62,836 nt of DNA, filler included, from Octopus bimaculoides (GCF_001194135.2; 4 parts of 4 records of this genome joined end to end with filler, not necessarily neighbours in it), one strand, 5' to 3'; counted from the whole stretch's first letter, positions 38,593 through 52,254 are shown. A program made the numbers and translations. Notes: generated by a model from the sequence alone, not told the origin.

Positions 38593-38891
38593 GAGAGATT
38601 CCATGATGTACAGGTGTGGAGTCTTAGGACAAAAGCGAATGGCGCATGATGCTTTGGAATGAACGCTCTGCAAGCGGGATCCAGTTGTAGTGACAGCAGA
38701 AAGCGAGCAGGAGTTGAGATGCAATTTGTATGGACGAGTTCTTCTCTCAAGGGCTCGGTTTGTCAGCCATCTAAAGTCACATGAGCCAGAGAGATCTCGG
38801 ACTGCTTAATTAGACGATTCTACGGTGAAACACACCATAGTACATTTATCTTTCACTTGTTTCAGTCATTGGACTGCGGTCATGCTGGGGC

Positions 38892-41585
38892 AAGAGGTTG
38901 TAAAAAATTAATTAATGAAAAATTAATTGCAATATATTGGTCCAATTAATTGAGTGGAGTCGTACTGCCAATTAGATAATTGATTGCTGTCATATCAAGT
39001 GATTGCAATTAATGGCAAGATTTTCTTTTGTCCCTCCACAAAAAAACCCCTTTTTTTTTTCTGCACAAACCTCCGTTTTCGGCTACGGAGAATACGAATC
39101 TGCAAAAAAAATCGGCAAAAATCGGCATTTCGAAATTTGACAAAAAATTTATTAATTTGGGAGGAAATGGGGGTGGGGAGGGTGCGGGAGGATGTCTTTC
39201 CCAATTAATTACGGTTAATTGCAACATTATCAACAAAAGCTTTTCAAATGGCTCATACTTCATTTGATGTTCAATTGGCAAATACAGCGTTCTTTTATTA
39301 TTTGAGGTATTGTGTTGACGCTTTTTTTCTGATTGCTGAGAATGATTCACACATTCTGTCCTGTATAGGAATTGACTATTGTTTATGTTGTCAAGTGTTG
39401 ATGCTTGATTCGGACCTCTGAGAATGATTCATACATTCTGTCAGTTCCTAGAATTGACTACTGTGTATGTTGTCAAATAATCGCTGTCGAGTTCTGACTG
39501 CCGAGAATGATTCACACATTCTGTCGTGTTTGGGAATTGGCTATTGTGTATGTTGTCAAATAATTGCTGTCGAGAATGATTCATACATTCTGTCGTCAAG
39601 TCATTAAATGGTAACTTCGCCTGCAACGCAGTTGTAACTTGAATTCCGCTCCAACGTATTAACTGAATCAGACTTTCATCAGTGGAGTGGCGAAATATCT
39701 TCTATTCTAAACTGTGACGAAAGATCTTCTATTTTAAACTAACCCATGCCGCGAGAAAACGAGCAAACCGTCAGAAAATATTTTAACCGAACAGACAGTG
39801 AACATGTATGGAAATGCAAGTGTGGAAAAAAGTTGACCCAGAAAAAAGGAACTGGATGGACGAATCTTATGAATCATATAAAAAAAATGCATCCAGAGTA
39901 ACCTACTACACAAGCAACTAGACAACCATCTTTATCGAGTTTTCTTTCACCAAGAAGTAGTTTGGTCAGTCGCTAGGCTTTAAAAGTTTATGTTTGGATT
40001 GAGTGGGTATGTGTTTCCTTTACTGAAGACCCACTGACTCGTAAGTACACAAACTTGGGAAATATGACAAATGTGAACTTAAAGAAATACATGGAAAAAC
40101 TTACACAAGAAATAGAAAAGAAAGTATAATGAACTTCCAAGTAAATTTTCTTTGGTAATCGACGGTTGGACTAAGGGTTCGACGCATTTCATTGGACTTT
40201 TTGCATCTTATCTATGCAATTATCAAAATGACTGTTGTACTGTTTTGCTGGCATTTTCGCCAATGTTAAGTGAAACATTATTCACTGCTTCTGATTATGT
40301 CGAATTTATAGAGTATGTGTTAAATGTCTATGACAAAAATTTTGAAAATGTTGCAGTTATTACCGGAGAAAATATTGAAGTGAATGAATCTGTAGCGAAT
40401 TTGTGTAGAATAGCATTGATTGGATGTGCCTCTCATAAATTCAATCTAGCTGTTTCTGCTTATCTCGACAAGCAGGAAGTTCTGTTTGATGAAATTAACA
40501 TGTTGGTAGGCAAGCTAAAATCATTAAAACTTGCAGGTAAACTTCGAGAAAAAACGCCTTTGCAACCTATACAAAAAAGAAAATAATAAAACCCGTTGGT
40601 CCAGTACTTATGACATGATTGAGAGATAAATCCAGCTCAAGCCGTTTTTAGACTCTTTTCTAGGCGATCCAAAGCTGGCTGATTGTAGACTCCATGCGAT
40701 CATAACGATCTACAGACTCTAAAAGACAATATAGGAAAGTTACGCTCAGTAACAGTCGCCTTGCAAAGAACAGAAATAAATTTGGGAGATCCGCGAATTC
40801 TTTTTGACGAAATTCTCGCATTGTATCCTTACGAGGAGTTTTAAAAAATAGTTGCTTCCATCGACAGCCATTGTGCACATCCCAAATTTTGATAGTGGAG
40901 TTGTGGAGATTTTATAACATGCAGAAGCAGAGCTAACTGCGGATGAAGTGGCTGCTCTACAACAGCTGAAAGTGGTGACAGACACGTCACAACAGTCTGA
41001 TTTACTTGTAGAAGATGATTTTGCTTCAGTTTGAAAAAGCACAAAAAAGGATAAAATTTCACATCAGCAATATCTGAACTGTAGATTTTCGCTACCAACG
41101 TCCATCTTGGAACGTTTCTTCAGCTCAACAGGTTACGCTTTCAATGATTTTCGATCACCAATGAATTTAGAAATGCAATTATTTCTAAAAGTCAATCGCG
41201 CTTTCTGCGATTGAAGATCTAATTTCAGAAATCTGCAATCGTTCATGACCTTTTGCTAAATTAGAACATTTTAATTGAGCAACTCGTTTGAGAAATTCTT
41301 TCAATTAAAGACTTTCAATTCATTTGTTTTTCAACTTCTATATAATCTAGAGTATATATGCTATTTGTTCCCTATTCTAAATTAATAAAACTGATCGTTG
41401 AACGTTTTCTGATAAAGTTTTTGAAACTATAAGACGTGCTCTTTATTGTCCTTTCATTTTGGCTCCAAAATATATGGTGGTTTTACGTTCGGCATAATTG
41501 ATTGGCCTGTATCCCAATTAAAATTAATTGATTGCTTGGAAAATAATTGAGTGGAAAGGTTCCAATCAACTATTTGCAACCCGTG
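38892..41585 (+). mobile_element. Full-length decayed hAT transposon (~2.7 kb) splitting a SINE
   Basis: Termini aagaggttgtaaa / tttgcaacccgtg and an 8-bp TSD gctggggc (38884-38891) / gctgcgac (41586-41593). Removing it restores the SINE motif catgctggggcaccgccttgaag. Subterminal ~70-bp tandem repeats at ~39330-39590. Confidence 0.88.
39746..41212 (+). pseudogene. hAT transposase pseudogene
   Basis: BED finger WKCKC...GWTNLMNHI..H, VIDGWT, GCASHKFNLAV, TRWSSTYDM, and C-terminal ERFFS...PMNLEMQLFLKVN. Several stops and frameshifts. Confidence 0.9.
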
Positions 41586-41782
41586 GCTGCGACACCGCCT
41601 TGAAGAATTTTTAGTCGGATGAATCAACCTCAGTACTTAATTCTTTTGTTTTTAACCTGGTACTTATTCTATCGATACCTTTTGCCGAACCGCTAAGTTA
41701 CGGGGGCGCAAACACACCAACACCGTTTGTCAAGTGGTACTGGAGGACAAACACAGACACAAAGACACACACACACAGATAT

Positions 41783-42162
41783 TGTTGGCACTCCGTCGCT
41801 TATGATGATGTGGGTTCCAGTTGATCCGATCAACGGAAGAGCCTGCTCGTGAAATTAACGTGCAAGTGGCTGAGCACTCCACAGACACGTGTACCCTTAA
41901 CGTAGTTCTCGGGGATATTCAGCGTGACACAGTGTGACAAGGCTGACCCTTTGAATTACAGGCACAACAGAAACAGGAAGTAAGAGTGAGAGAAAGTTGT
42001 GGTGGAAGAGTACAGCAGGGTTCGCCACCATCCCCTGCCGGAGCCTCATGGAGCTTTAGGTGTTTTCGCTCAATAAACACTCACAACGCCCGGTCTGGGA
42101 ATCGAAACCGCGATTCTATGTACGCGAGTCCGCTGCCCTAACCACTGGGCCATTGCGCCTCC
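41783..42162 (-). mobile_element. SINE family D (~380 bp, tRNA head), CpG-intact copy
   Basis: GGAGGCGCAATGGCCCAGTGGTTAGG...GGTTTCGATTCCC head. Colinear with 50556-50931. Confidence 0.9.
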
Positions 42163-42599
42163 ACACACACACACACACACAGATATACATACATACAAAC
42201 ACAGATATACATACATACATACAAACGCACGTGTGTGTGTGTTTGTGATTTTCATATACACGACAAGCTTAAAATGCAGTTTACTGCTTTTAAGAAGAAA
42301 CGAAAGTCAATTGTCCTAAAAATAATACAAGTAAATTTCAACAGAAATCGGAAGTGACGACGGTGACTTCCTATAATTTCATATAAACAAGATGTGACAT
42401 AACCAATGCATAGAACATATATATATATATATTTAATATAACATGAAAACTGTACATTTATTTAATATAAGATGAAAACAATCAAATTTCTAAGTGATGG
42501 TCGCTGTTGGGTATAGTAGCTGCTTCTTCTGAAATATTTCACGGCACTGTTTTCTGAGGTGCCAGTGGGTGTGACATAACGACGGAGTTTTTCATGTTC

Positions 42600-42860
42600 T
42601 TTCCATTAAATTTTTGGGTGTCACTGTCGTCATTTCCAGTTTATAACACAATTTACTTTCACCGTTTTTTTTTTACGACCGTAATCTGCACGGTTAACCC
42701 ACGACAAAACACTCGACCTCTTGAGAGCCAACGAACATCCGTGCACATAATAAACTTTCAAAAACTTTGCTCTCACCTCTTCACAAATATGAGCAAATAG
42801 CTTATGTTTTAAGAGGTCTACTTTTACTATAATTGACCATTTGAACAACTTTTTCCAGAA
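42600..42860 (-). mobile_element. hAT (Buster/Charlie-like) transposase fragment
   Basis: Frameshifted VNYSKSRPLK..LFAHICEEV...CTDVRWLSRGRV, i.e. the VRWLSRG motif. Confidence 0.75.
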
Positions 42861-43546
42861 CTACTTTCAGTTTACTTCCAGCTCTTTTCACAATTAGTCA
42901 AGTAAAAAGCAATGAGTGCTAAGAATGTACTAGCTCATTCTTCTGTATCTGCCAAAGCAAAATAACTTCTTAATGAAGCAACAGGCGATGGGAGCAAGCC
43001 ACATGTAAACTGTCTAACTAGTCCTACGCAATTTATCTACATAAGTAGCTAGAAAAACGGAGCTGTTTTAGATTTGAACTACACCACCCCTGCACTCTTG
43101 TGCAGATATAATTGCAGTCAAACATTTATCTTAATTTTTCTTTTTTATTTTTATTTTCAATCTCGACGGTTAACTATTGGTCCTTTTTAATAATTGAGAA
43201 ACCCCTCAGGTGAAATCTGACTACGCCCTTGGTATCATTGCAAATTGTTTTCCTTTCTAAAATTTCAGACACCTCTTTTCTTTTTAAGCCCGGAACTTAG
43301 TCTATCGGTCCTTATTGAACCGCTAATTTTACGGGGACGTAAACACACCAACACCGGTTGTCAAGCGGGAGTGGGGGTCAAACATATACACACACACACA
43401 CACAAGCGGGCAGCTATGTCGAGCTCCCTCCTTCATCAAAAGCCAATCCACATAAGAATGGACATTGAAAGGTTGATTATACTGGCGGTGCCAAAGCATG
43501 GCTACAGCCTTTGGGCAGAAAGGCATAAACGAATAACTAGATGCTC

Positions 43547-43586
<40 letters not shown>

Positions 43587-44314
43587 NNNNNNNNNNCAAT
43601 TCAATCGATTCCAGTGCTCAGCAGGGACTTATTTTAACGACCCTGAAAGTATGAAGAGCAAAGTCGGCCTCGGCGGAATTTGAACTCTGAACGTAAATGC
43701 TGCTATGCATTTCGCCCGGCGTGTTACAGCTCGTCGCCTTTAGACATTTTGTATTGATTTCAAATTTTGGCACATGGCCAGCAATTTTGAGGGAGGGGCT
43801 AAGTCGATTAAATTAACCCCAGTGCTCAACTGCTACGTATCAAAACGACCCTGAAAAGAAGCAAGGCAAAGTCGAACCCGACGACATTTCAACAAAGATC
43901 GTAAAGATGGACGAATTACCGCTAAACAGAAACATCGTTGTAGCAAATATTCTGCTCAATACCACAAATTTGCTTGTCAGTTACTTGTCCATAACCACTT
44001 GAGCATGTCCCTTAGTGGCTGACAATATGTGCATCTCTACCAATGAGCAGGGATAGTATAGGAGCATCATAGCCATGTGTTGAAAGGGATTCTTTGAGGC
44101 TTGAATGTAAGAAAAGCAAAGTTTGAAGAATATATTACATATTTTTCATACTTTCTATGGGTAAGCAAATAGGAAATAGCAGTTGCTACCCAAAGACAAA
44201 AATCGTGTTACACTCTGTTACTGATAGGTCAAACGAAACAAAGGGAAAACGTCAGATAAAAACGTAAAAAAGAAGTCAGAAAAAATGTCTCTGAGAACAA
44301 GATTATATTAAATC

Positions 44315-44742
44315 AAGGAGTGGCAGTGTGGTAAGAAGCTTGCTTCCCAGCCACATGGTTCCGGGTTCCGTTCCACTGCATGGCACCTTGGGTAAATATC
44401 TTCTACTGTAGCTTCGGGCCGACCAAAGCCTTGTGAGTGGATTTTGTAGACGGAAACTGAAAGAAACCCGTCGAATATATATATATATATATATATNNNN
44501 NNNNNNATGCGTGTGTGTGTGTGTATCTGAGTGTCAGTGTTTTGCCCCCTCCCCCACCATCGCTTGACAACTGATGTTGGTGTGTTTACGTCCTCGTAAC
44601 TTTGTGGTTCGGCAAAACAGACCGATAGAATCAGTACTAGGCTTACAAAGAATAAGTCCGGGGGGCGATTTGTTCGACTAAAAGGCGGTGCTCCAGCATG
44701 GCCGAAGCCAAATGACTGAAACAAGTAAAAGAATAAAAGAGT
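44315..44742 (+). mobile_element. SINE family A (tRNA head plus CORE-like domain), near full length
   Basis: A/B-box head gtggcagtgtggtaag...gggttccgttcc, CORE-like accttggg, central (TA/TG)n, and 3' ggcggtgctccagcatggcc...aaaaga tail. Confidence 0.85.
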
Positions 44743-45158
44743 AAGCATAAACAACTGATTTGACATTTTTCGTTTCCTTATTTTGTTAAATATGAGATTT
44801 TCTTTCTTTTTACAGAATGAGGCAATTTGGCTGAGTGGACGATCAAACTGCTTTGGCGATTGTACATTTTTAGTACTGAAGGCAAACACACACACACACA
44901 CGCACACACCCGCATAAACACACACACACACACATACACACGCACGCACATACAAACATACATAAACACATACACACACATACATCACATACACAAACAC
45001 AAACGTGCGCACACTAGCACGCACGCGCGTAAAAATTAACATACAGCTAGAATGAATGTGTTTGAGAGAGAGTGGACACGATGGACAATAAACAATTCCC
45101 CCCCTCCTTATACACGTAGGGGAATATGTTCATTCACATAAACAGAGAGAGAGAGATA

Positions 45159-45221
<63 letters not shown>

Positions 45222-46168
45222 CAAAGAGAGGGAAAGATTTGGAGTGAGGGAAAGAGAGAAAGAGAGATTCAGATTTATTAATTGACCACCATTGACACAA
45301 AACACTTTCTCTCTCTTAAAGAGAAATATACTGACACACATAAACAGAAAGAGAGGGGGGGGAGAGACAGAGAGATAGAAACAGAGACTGAGACAGAGAG
45401 CGAGAGAAAGAGAGTGGGAGANNNNNNNNNNNNNNNNNNNNNNNNNNNNNNNNNNNNNNNNNNNNTTAATTAATTAANNNNNNNNNNNNNNNNNNNNNNN
45501 NNNNNNNNNNNNNNNNNNNNNATATATATCATCTTCATCATCATCGTTTAATGTCTACTTTCCATAAGGGCATGGGTTGGATGGCTTGACATACCCACAC
45601 ACACACACACATATATATTCTCATACATAGATACAATAGTTCTAATGATCTGTTGATAAAGTACTCTCCACTCTGTTCTCTCTGTTCTTTGTTCTTGAAA
45701 TGTCAAGCCATCAACCTATTTCTCACAGCCGTGCATTAGAAAACCGATCTGTTCAACAAGATAACAATACTGTTTTATGCCTCTCAAATATGGCAGCTCC
45801 TCTCACACTGGTGACATACAGCTCCAATGAATGGAATGGACAATACATAGTTGATGAACCTGCTAGAAACAGTAGCTAAACATCCTTGAAGTTACATGCT
45901 CACCTTCCAGAATAGTCATTTCTAAAACAGACACAAGGTCTGAAATTGGTGAGGGTGGGGAGAAAGAGAGAGAGTGGGAGAGAGAGTGAGAGAGAGTGAG
46001 AGAGTGAGAGAAAGAGAGAATGAGAGAGAGTAAGAGAGGGAGTGAGAGAGAGAGAGAGAGAGTGAGAGGAAGAGAGTGAGAGAGAGAGTGAGAGAGAAAG
46101 TGTGAGAGAAAGTGAAAGAGAGAGAGACAGAGTGAGAGAGATAGTAGGAGAGATAGTGAAAGAGAAAG

Positions 46169-46203
<35 letters not shown>

Positions 46204-46400
46204 AATAGAGAGAGAAAGAGAGAGAGAGAGTTAGTCGGTATATCAATTTCAACACTCACTGGTACTTATTTTATTTACCCCAAAAGGATGAAAACATAGT
46301 TGAACTCAATGGGATTTGAACTCAGAATTTTAAGAGCCAGAAAAAAAAAAGAAAAGAAATACTGCAAACATTAATGGTTGGTGACAGGAAGAACATCCAG

Positions 46401-46728
46401 CCTCAACCAGTTCCATCAAGCCTCAACCAATTCTATCTGGCTTCAACCAATTCCATCCGGCCTCAACCAATTCCATTTGACCTCAACCAATTCCATCTAG
46501 CCTCAACCAATTTTATCTGGCCTCAACCAATTCCATCCGGCCTCAACCAATTCCATCTGGCCTCAACCAATTCCATCTAGCCTCAACCAATTCTATCTGG
46601 GTTCAACCAATTCCATCCGGCCTCAACCAATTTCATCTGGCCTCAACCAATTCCATCCGGCCTCAACCAATTCCATCTAGCCTCAACCAATTTTATCTGG
46701 CTTCAACCAATTCCATCCGGCCTCAACC
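46401..46728 (+). repeat. 20-bp minisatellite (CCTCAACCAATTCCATCTGG)n, at least 16 units, running into a gap
   Basis: Direct tandem units with no spacers. Confidence 0.95.
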
Positions 46729-48047
46729 NNNNNNNNNNNNNNNNNNNNNNNNNNNNNNNNNNNNNNNNNNNNNNNNNNNNNNNNNNNNNNNNNNNNNNNN
46801 NNNNNNNNNNNNNNNNNNNNNNNNNNNNNNNNNNNNNNNNNNNNNNNNNNNNNNNNNNNNNNNNNNNNNNNNNNNNNNNNNNNNNNNNNNNNNNNNNNNN
46901 NNNNNNNNNNNNNNNNNNNNNNNNNNNNNNNNNNNNNNNNNNNNNNNNNNNNNNNNNNNNNNNNNNNNNNNNNNNNNNNNNNNNNNNTGGTGGGTGGTGG
47001 TGGGTGGTGGTGGGTGGTGGTGATGGTGGTGAAGCGATAAGTGTAGAAGGAGGATAATATTAGTTGATAATTATGATTGTAATGATGATGATGATGAAGA
47101 TGATGATGATGATAATGATGATGATGATGATGAAGATGATGATGATGGTGATAATGATGATGATGATAATGATGAAGATGATGATGGTGATAATGATGAT
47201 GATGATGATGTTGATTGTGGGGATGAAGACAGTTATGATGGTAGTGGAGTGGTGGGGTTGATAATAAGAGGTGCCATTACAATTTTTAAAATCTCATATT
47301 TTCACTAATGACGACGACGACGACAACGGCGATGATGATGATGATAATGATGATGGTGTTGATGTTGACTTGTACTTTAGTTGTGATTCACCCTTTCATC
47401 TCAGGATAATTTCTTAGCTTTACTCTAGTACTGATGAGTTACAAGCCGACACGGGAAGCCCCTACATGTTCGTTTGAAATGCTAGAAATAGCAGTCAGGC
47501 TTTCTTTAATGACAACATGCCGTTTCAAAGGCATAATGTTAACATTAGTAAACCAAATCAGAATAAAAGACAAGATGGTCATAGTTATTGACCCCAGCCC
47601 GAAATGGAGTTTCCTGTCTGAAAACAAGAAGGAGACCTTCGATAATTTGGTTCTTGAAATCTTTTGTCGTTTACTTGTTTCTCTCGCTGAACTGTAGCCA
47701 TACTGGGGCACCATCTCGAACGAATTAGTCAAACAAATCAATCCCAGTATTTGTTTTTAAGTCAGGTATTATTTATTCTATCGATCTCTTTTATTGAACT
47801 GCTATGCTATGGGGATGCAAACAAGCCAACAGCAGTGGTCAGGTGATGGTGGGAGACAAACAGTCTCACACACACACATACACACACTTACATACGTACA
47901 TACACACATACACACACATACATACATAGGTACACACACACACACACTTACATACACACATAGGTACACACACATACACACACACATAGGTACACACACA
48001 CACACACTTACATACATACAAACATATGCATACACACATAGGTACAC

Positions 48048-48262
48048 GCGAGCTGGCAGAACCGTTAGCACGCCGGGCGAAATGCTTAGCGGTATTTCGT
48101 CTGCCGTTACGTTCTGAGTTCAAATTCCGCCGAGGTCGACTTTGCCTTTCATCCTTTCGGGGTCGATTAAATAAGTACCAGTTACGCACTGGAGTCGGTA
48201 TAATTGACTTAATCTGTTTGTCTGTCCCCTCTGTGTGTAGCCCCTTGTGGGTAGTAAAGAAA
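48048..48262 (+). mobile_element. SINE family B (tRNA head plus GACTTTGCCTTTCATCCTTTCGGGGTCGAT core), full length
   Basis: Other copies or fragments: 1540-1760, 3820-3917 (-), 6395-6545, 11500-11600 (-), 36030-36165 (-), 43590-43930 (-, tandem), 46240-46340 (-), 49455-49660, 51362-51575, 53270-53480 (-), 54020-54765 (-, cluster). Confidence 0.85.
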
Positions 48263-48274
48263 TAACACATAGGT

Positions 48275-48310
<36 letters not shown>

Positions 48311-48914
48311 TAGTGACTTTAGACTAGGGGCTAGAAGGTTCCAAGGACACACACCAATATGGATAAGATGATTGTGGAAACTTATGGATCCTTCGAACAG
48401 TCATAGATTTAGGAAATATTGTAATTGAGCCATTTGACAAGGAGGAGGAAGAGAGAGATGTATGAGACAGAGGAGAACTGGAAGTTCTTACAGGAGAACC
48501 TATTAAGGGTGACAGACCAACTCTGCCACTAGAGCAAAGCTTCTGCCAGGTCAAGGGTCACACGACGGTGAAACAGTGATGCTGAAAAAGCCATAAAAGA
48601 GAAGATGCAGGTTCAGAAAGTGTGGAAGAGTGGAGGTAACAAAGAACTGTATCAGGTAGCTAAAAGGGAAGCCAGGCAGGTGTACTAATTTAGTCATGTG
48701 ATGTGTATGGATGAGGGCAATTGCATTAAAGAAGTACCGATCGCTTAAAATGGATGGAACTTGTGGAAAAGAGAGACCCAGAAAGATATGGGACAAAGTA
48801 CTGAAGGCTGATCCCCAGATGCTGAACCTTACAGAGATGATGACAAAGGACTGAGATTATTGGCATTTTGCTATGCTTGAGGAAACCTGTCCATTTTAGC
48901 ATTCATTCATTCTT

Positions 48915-49190
48915 CAACATGGTAGAATAACCGATTCCAACCCATCAGGATTCACACTACGAATTGTATTATTCATTCTTTTGATTACTGAATACAAAGC
49001 ATGGCTTGCAAGACCTCCGTTCATGGGATTTTCGTAAGTCACCATCTCAGTTTTGTATGCTAATCCATCACAGGGTGATCCATTTACAGCTGTGTGGTTT
49101 GGAACAAGAACACAATGCACCACCCAAACTGGGAACTGAAACCACAATCTCTTGATCATGAATGCAACATCCTAACCACTAAGCCATGCA
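48915..49190 (-). mobile_element. Old tRNA-derived SINE (additional family)
   Basis: Minus-strand head gtgcatggcttagtggttagg...ggtttcagttccc. Confidence 0.55.
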
Positions 49191-50475
49191 CTTTTACAGC
49201 AGAAATGAGATCCTAAAACCACTCAATTATGCTTGTACATGCAAAGCCCTATCCCCCTCCTTTCCCCCCCTCTCTCTGACACATCAAGCATTCCCCACCC
49301 CCTATTTTCAACCTTCTTCCCATCAGTGGTACTACACAACACTATGTGACTGCTGTACTCACTGAGAACAGAGTCAGCACATGTTACATCCCATGCCCAC
49401 CTCCTCCTGGAACTACTTCCATTCCTCATTATTCTTACCCTTGCTAAGACAGCAAACTGACAGAAACGTTAGCACACCGGACGAAATGCTCAGCAGTATT
49501 TTGTCTGTCTTTCTGTTCTGAGTTCAAATTCTGCCAAGGTTGACCTTGCCTTTCATCCTTTCAGGGTCGATAAATTAAGTACCAGTCACGTACTGGAGTT
49601 GATCTAATTGAATGGCCCCCTCCCTCAAAATTTCGAGCCTTGTGCCTAGAGTAGAAAAGATTATTCTTACCCTCACTATTTCAACCAATCACCTCCTCTC
49701 TGTGCCTTCAGCCACTGCTCAACCTGAACTCACACACACACATATAGGTGCAGGTGTGGCTGTGTGGTTAACAAGTTCACTCCCTAATCATGTGGTTTCA
49801 GGTTCAGTCCTACTGTGCAGATTCAACTAAAAAGACATTTTCAAGATGTGTACTTCTATGCTTAGTCTAAATGATGGAGAAACGATAACTATGGCAACTG
49901 TGTTTGAGGTGAGAATGTAGAGAGGTGAGAATGTAGAGAGATGTAACTGAAAGGCGTTTGGTTCGAGAGACAATTGTTCTTCAGTTCAAATTCCATTTCT
50001 GTTTGCGGACTTTAATATCTGCTGCCTACCTTTCCTTAAAAGTCCGTAATTTTGGACATTGCTGTTAATGGAATGGTTCTAATCATCCCAAAGTGCTTCA
50101 ACAAATAAGTGAACACCTGGAGACTATTTATTCAATATGGTGTCAGCTTGTCTAGACCTGATCAATAGTGATTAATTTAATATGCACAGCTTTATTTTGC
50201 TACACAGTGTGAAGCAAACACTGGGAACTGAAGCCGATTGTATCAAATTGATTTCTAATCAGTTGACATCTTCAGAGACATTGAACGATTGCTAATGGAA
50301 TTATTCTGAAAGTATGTCAGTGTGAATGTGTGATTATAAAGAAACCATTCTATAGAAGTTTTCTTTATTAATATGTTTGAGGGTTGTAGAATGGTAGCAA
50401 GCACCGAAAGATTCTGTTCCCAATCTGAATAATATCAATCAACTCATACCTGTAATTTTCAACTACACTGTAAAG

Positions 50476-51098
50476 CAGTGATTCTCAACTAGGGTTCATG
50501 TAAGATTTCGTTGTTGAAATTTATGAGCAATCAACTGGCTATATCTTTACAAAGTGGAGGTGCAATGGCCCAGTGGTTAGGGCAGCAGACTCGCAGTCAT
50601 AGGATCGCGGTTTCGATTCCCAGACTGGGCGTTGTGTTTATTGAGTGAAAACACCTAAAGCTCCACAAGGCTCTGGCAGGGGATGGTGGCGAACCCTGTT
50701 GTACTCTTTCACCACAACTTTCTCTCACTCTTACTTCCTGTTTCTGTTGTGCCTGTAATTCAAAGGGCCAGCCTTGTCAAACTGTGTCACGCTGAATATC
50801 CCCAAGAACTACGTTAAGGGTACACGTGTTTGTGGAGTGCTCGGTCACTTGCACGTTAATTTCACGAGCAGGCTGTTCCGTTGATCGGATCAACTGGGAC
50901 CCTCGACGTTGTAGGCGATGGAGTGCCAACATCTTTATAGAACACAAAGTATTTTAACAATTTGTTTTGTATGCAATTCCCAATATTTAATTACAAAAAT
51001 ATAATAGGATTTTTTAAACATTGAATGGCTATGAGGGTCCATTCGAATAAAATAGGAACCAAAGGGTTCCATACACAAGAAATGGTTGAGAACCGCTT
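50476..51098. mobile_element. hAT MITE (Charlie-like TIR) interrupted by a SINE
   Basis: CAGTGATTCTCAAC...GGTTGAGAACCGCTT, with a diverged 8-bp TSD ctgtaaag/ccctaaag. Confidence 0.7.
50556..50931 (+). mobile_element. SINE family D, CpG-decayed copy
   Basis: Same element as 41783-42162, with multiple CG>TG/CA changes. Confidence 0.9.
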
Positions 51099-51573
51099 CC
51101 CTAAAGCTTAGAAATAGAGAAAATGATAATCACAGCCTGATGCCCTTTCCTTATATATACACTAAAGTTACAAAATATTTTATCAGCCTTTTTGTGTCAG
51201 TACAAAAAGCAGAAAATGTTATGATTCCAAACTAAATGCCTTACAGTATTCATATTTGTTTCCTTTTCATTTGACAGTCAAACCACATCAAATCTGACAT
51301 TTCGTTTCAATTACTACATCATCATCATCATCATCGTTTAACGTCTTCTATATAACAGCAGCAAGATGGCAGTGTCGTTAGCACGTAGGACAAAATGCTT
51401 TGCGGTATTTCGTCCATTTATACGTTCTGAGTTCAGATTCCGCCGCGGTTGACTTTGCCTTTCATCCTTTCGGGGTCGATGAAATAAGTACCAGTTATGC
51501 ACTGGGATCGACTTAATCCTTTTGTCTGTCCTTGTTTGTCTCTTCTATGGTTCGGCCCTTGTGGGCAATAAAG

Positions 51574-51611
<38 letters not shown>

Positions 51612-51985
51612 CAAGACACCTGTGCTTTTCCCTCTCAACACCTGGCATAAACTCGTATCCCTGTCTACTACAACCCTATTCAGTTAAGGGTCTTCCTTTT
51701 GTTTTGTGTTTATTTTGCAACTTCACTAGTGTTGATGCCATGGAGAAAAGCACCCAGTTCATTCTGTAAAATAGTTAGCACTAGGAAAAGTATCCAGTCT
51801 TAGAAACCATTCCAAAACAGACTTTGGAGTTCAATGCAATTCTCTGATTTAACAGATCCAGTCTAACCGATGATGGAACCTGGTGTGACTCCTGTCAAAC
51901 TCATGCCAACAGGGACAATGAATGTTTGTCTTGAAAAAAGACAGACTTCAAGATTCCCAGGTTATTCTTCAGAGATGTCTTCAAT

Positions 51986-51991
51986 TTTATT
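51986..51991 (-). terminator. Candidate polyadenylation signal of SELENOM
   Basis: AATAAA on the minus strand, downstream of the SECIS and followed ~40 nt later by a GT/T-rich tract (gtctgtctttttt). An alternative ATTAAA lies near 52126. Confidence 0.5.
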
Positions 51992-52254
51992 TCAGAGGTG
52001 AGTTTAAATTGCATTAAAACAGAAAGCTTTGTGTAATTTTTTTCTAAAAGATGAGAAACTGTGTTAAAAAAGTTAAAAAAAAGAAAGAAAAAAAGCAGAC
52101 ACAAGAAGTAAGTAAATATAAAGCATTTAATAGACAAATTCTTAAAAATTCATAAAGAATAAATTTTCTTTTTTTATGAAATTTTTTCTTCGTTTTTGTT
52201 TTCAGTTGAATATTGTTTGTGTTGTTGTTTTCTAAAGTATACTGTCAAGCATGA

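Noticed and set aside
42085-42162. tRNA genes (also 44315, 48048, 50556, 55357)
   Set aside because: A/B boxes continue into SINE bodies, and no complete cloverleaf or acceptor stem is evident.
46401-46728. CRISPR-like array
   Set aside because: Direct tandem units with no unique spacers, in a eukaryotic context.
51860-51910. Second SECIS-like ATGA stem
   Set aside because: It lies within a family C repeat, beyond the poly(A) signal, and has no convincing quartet and helix.
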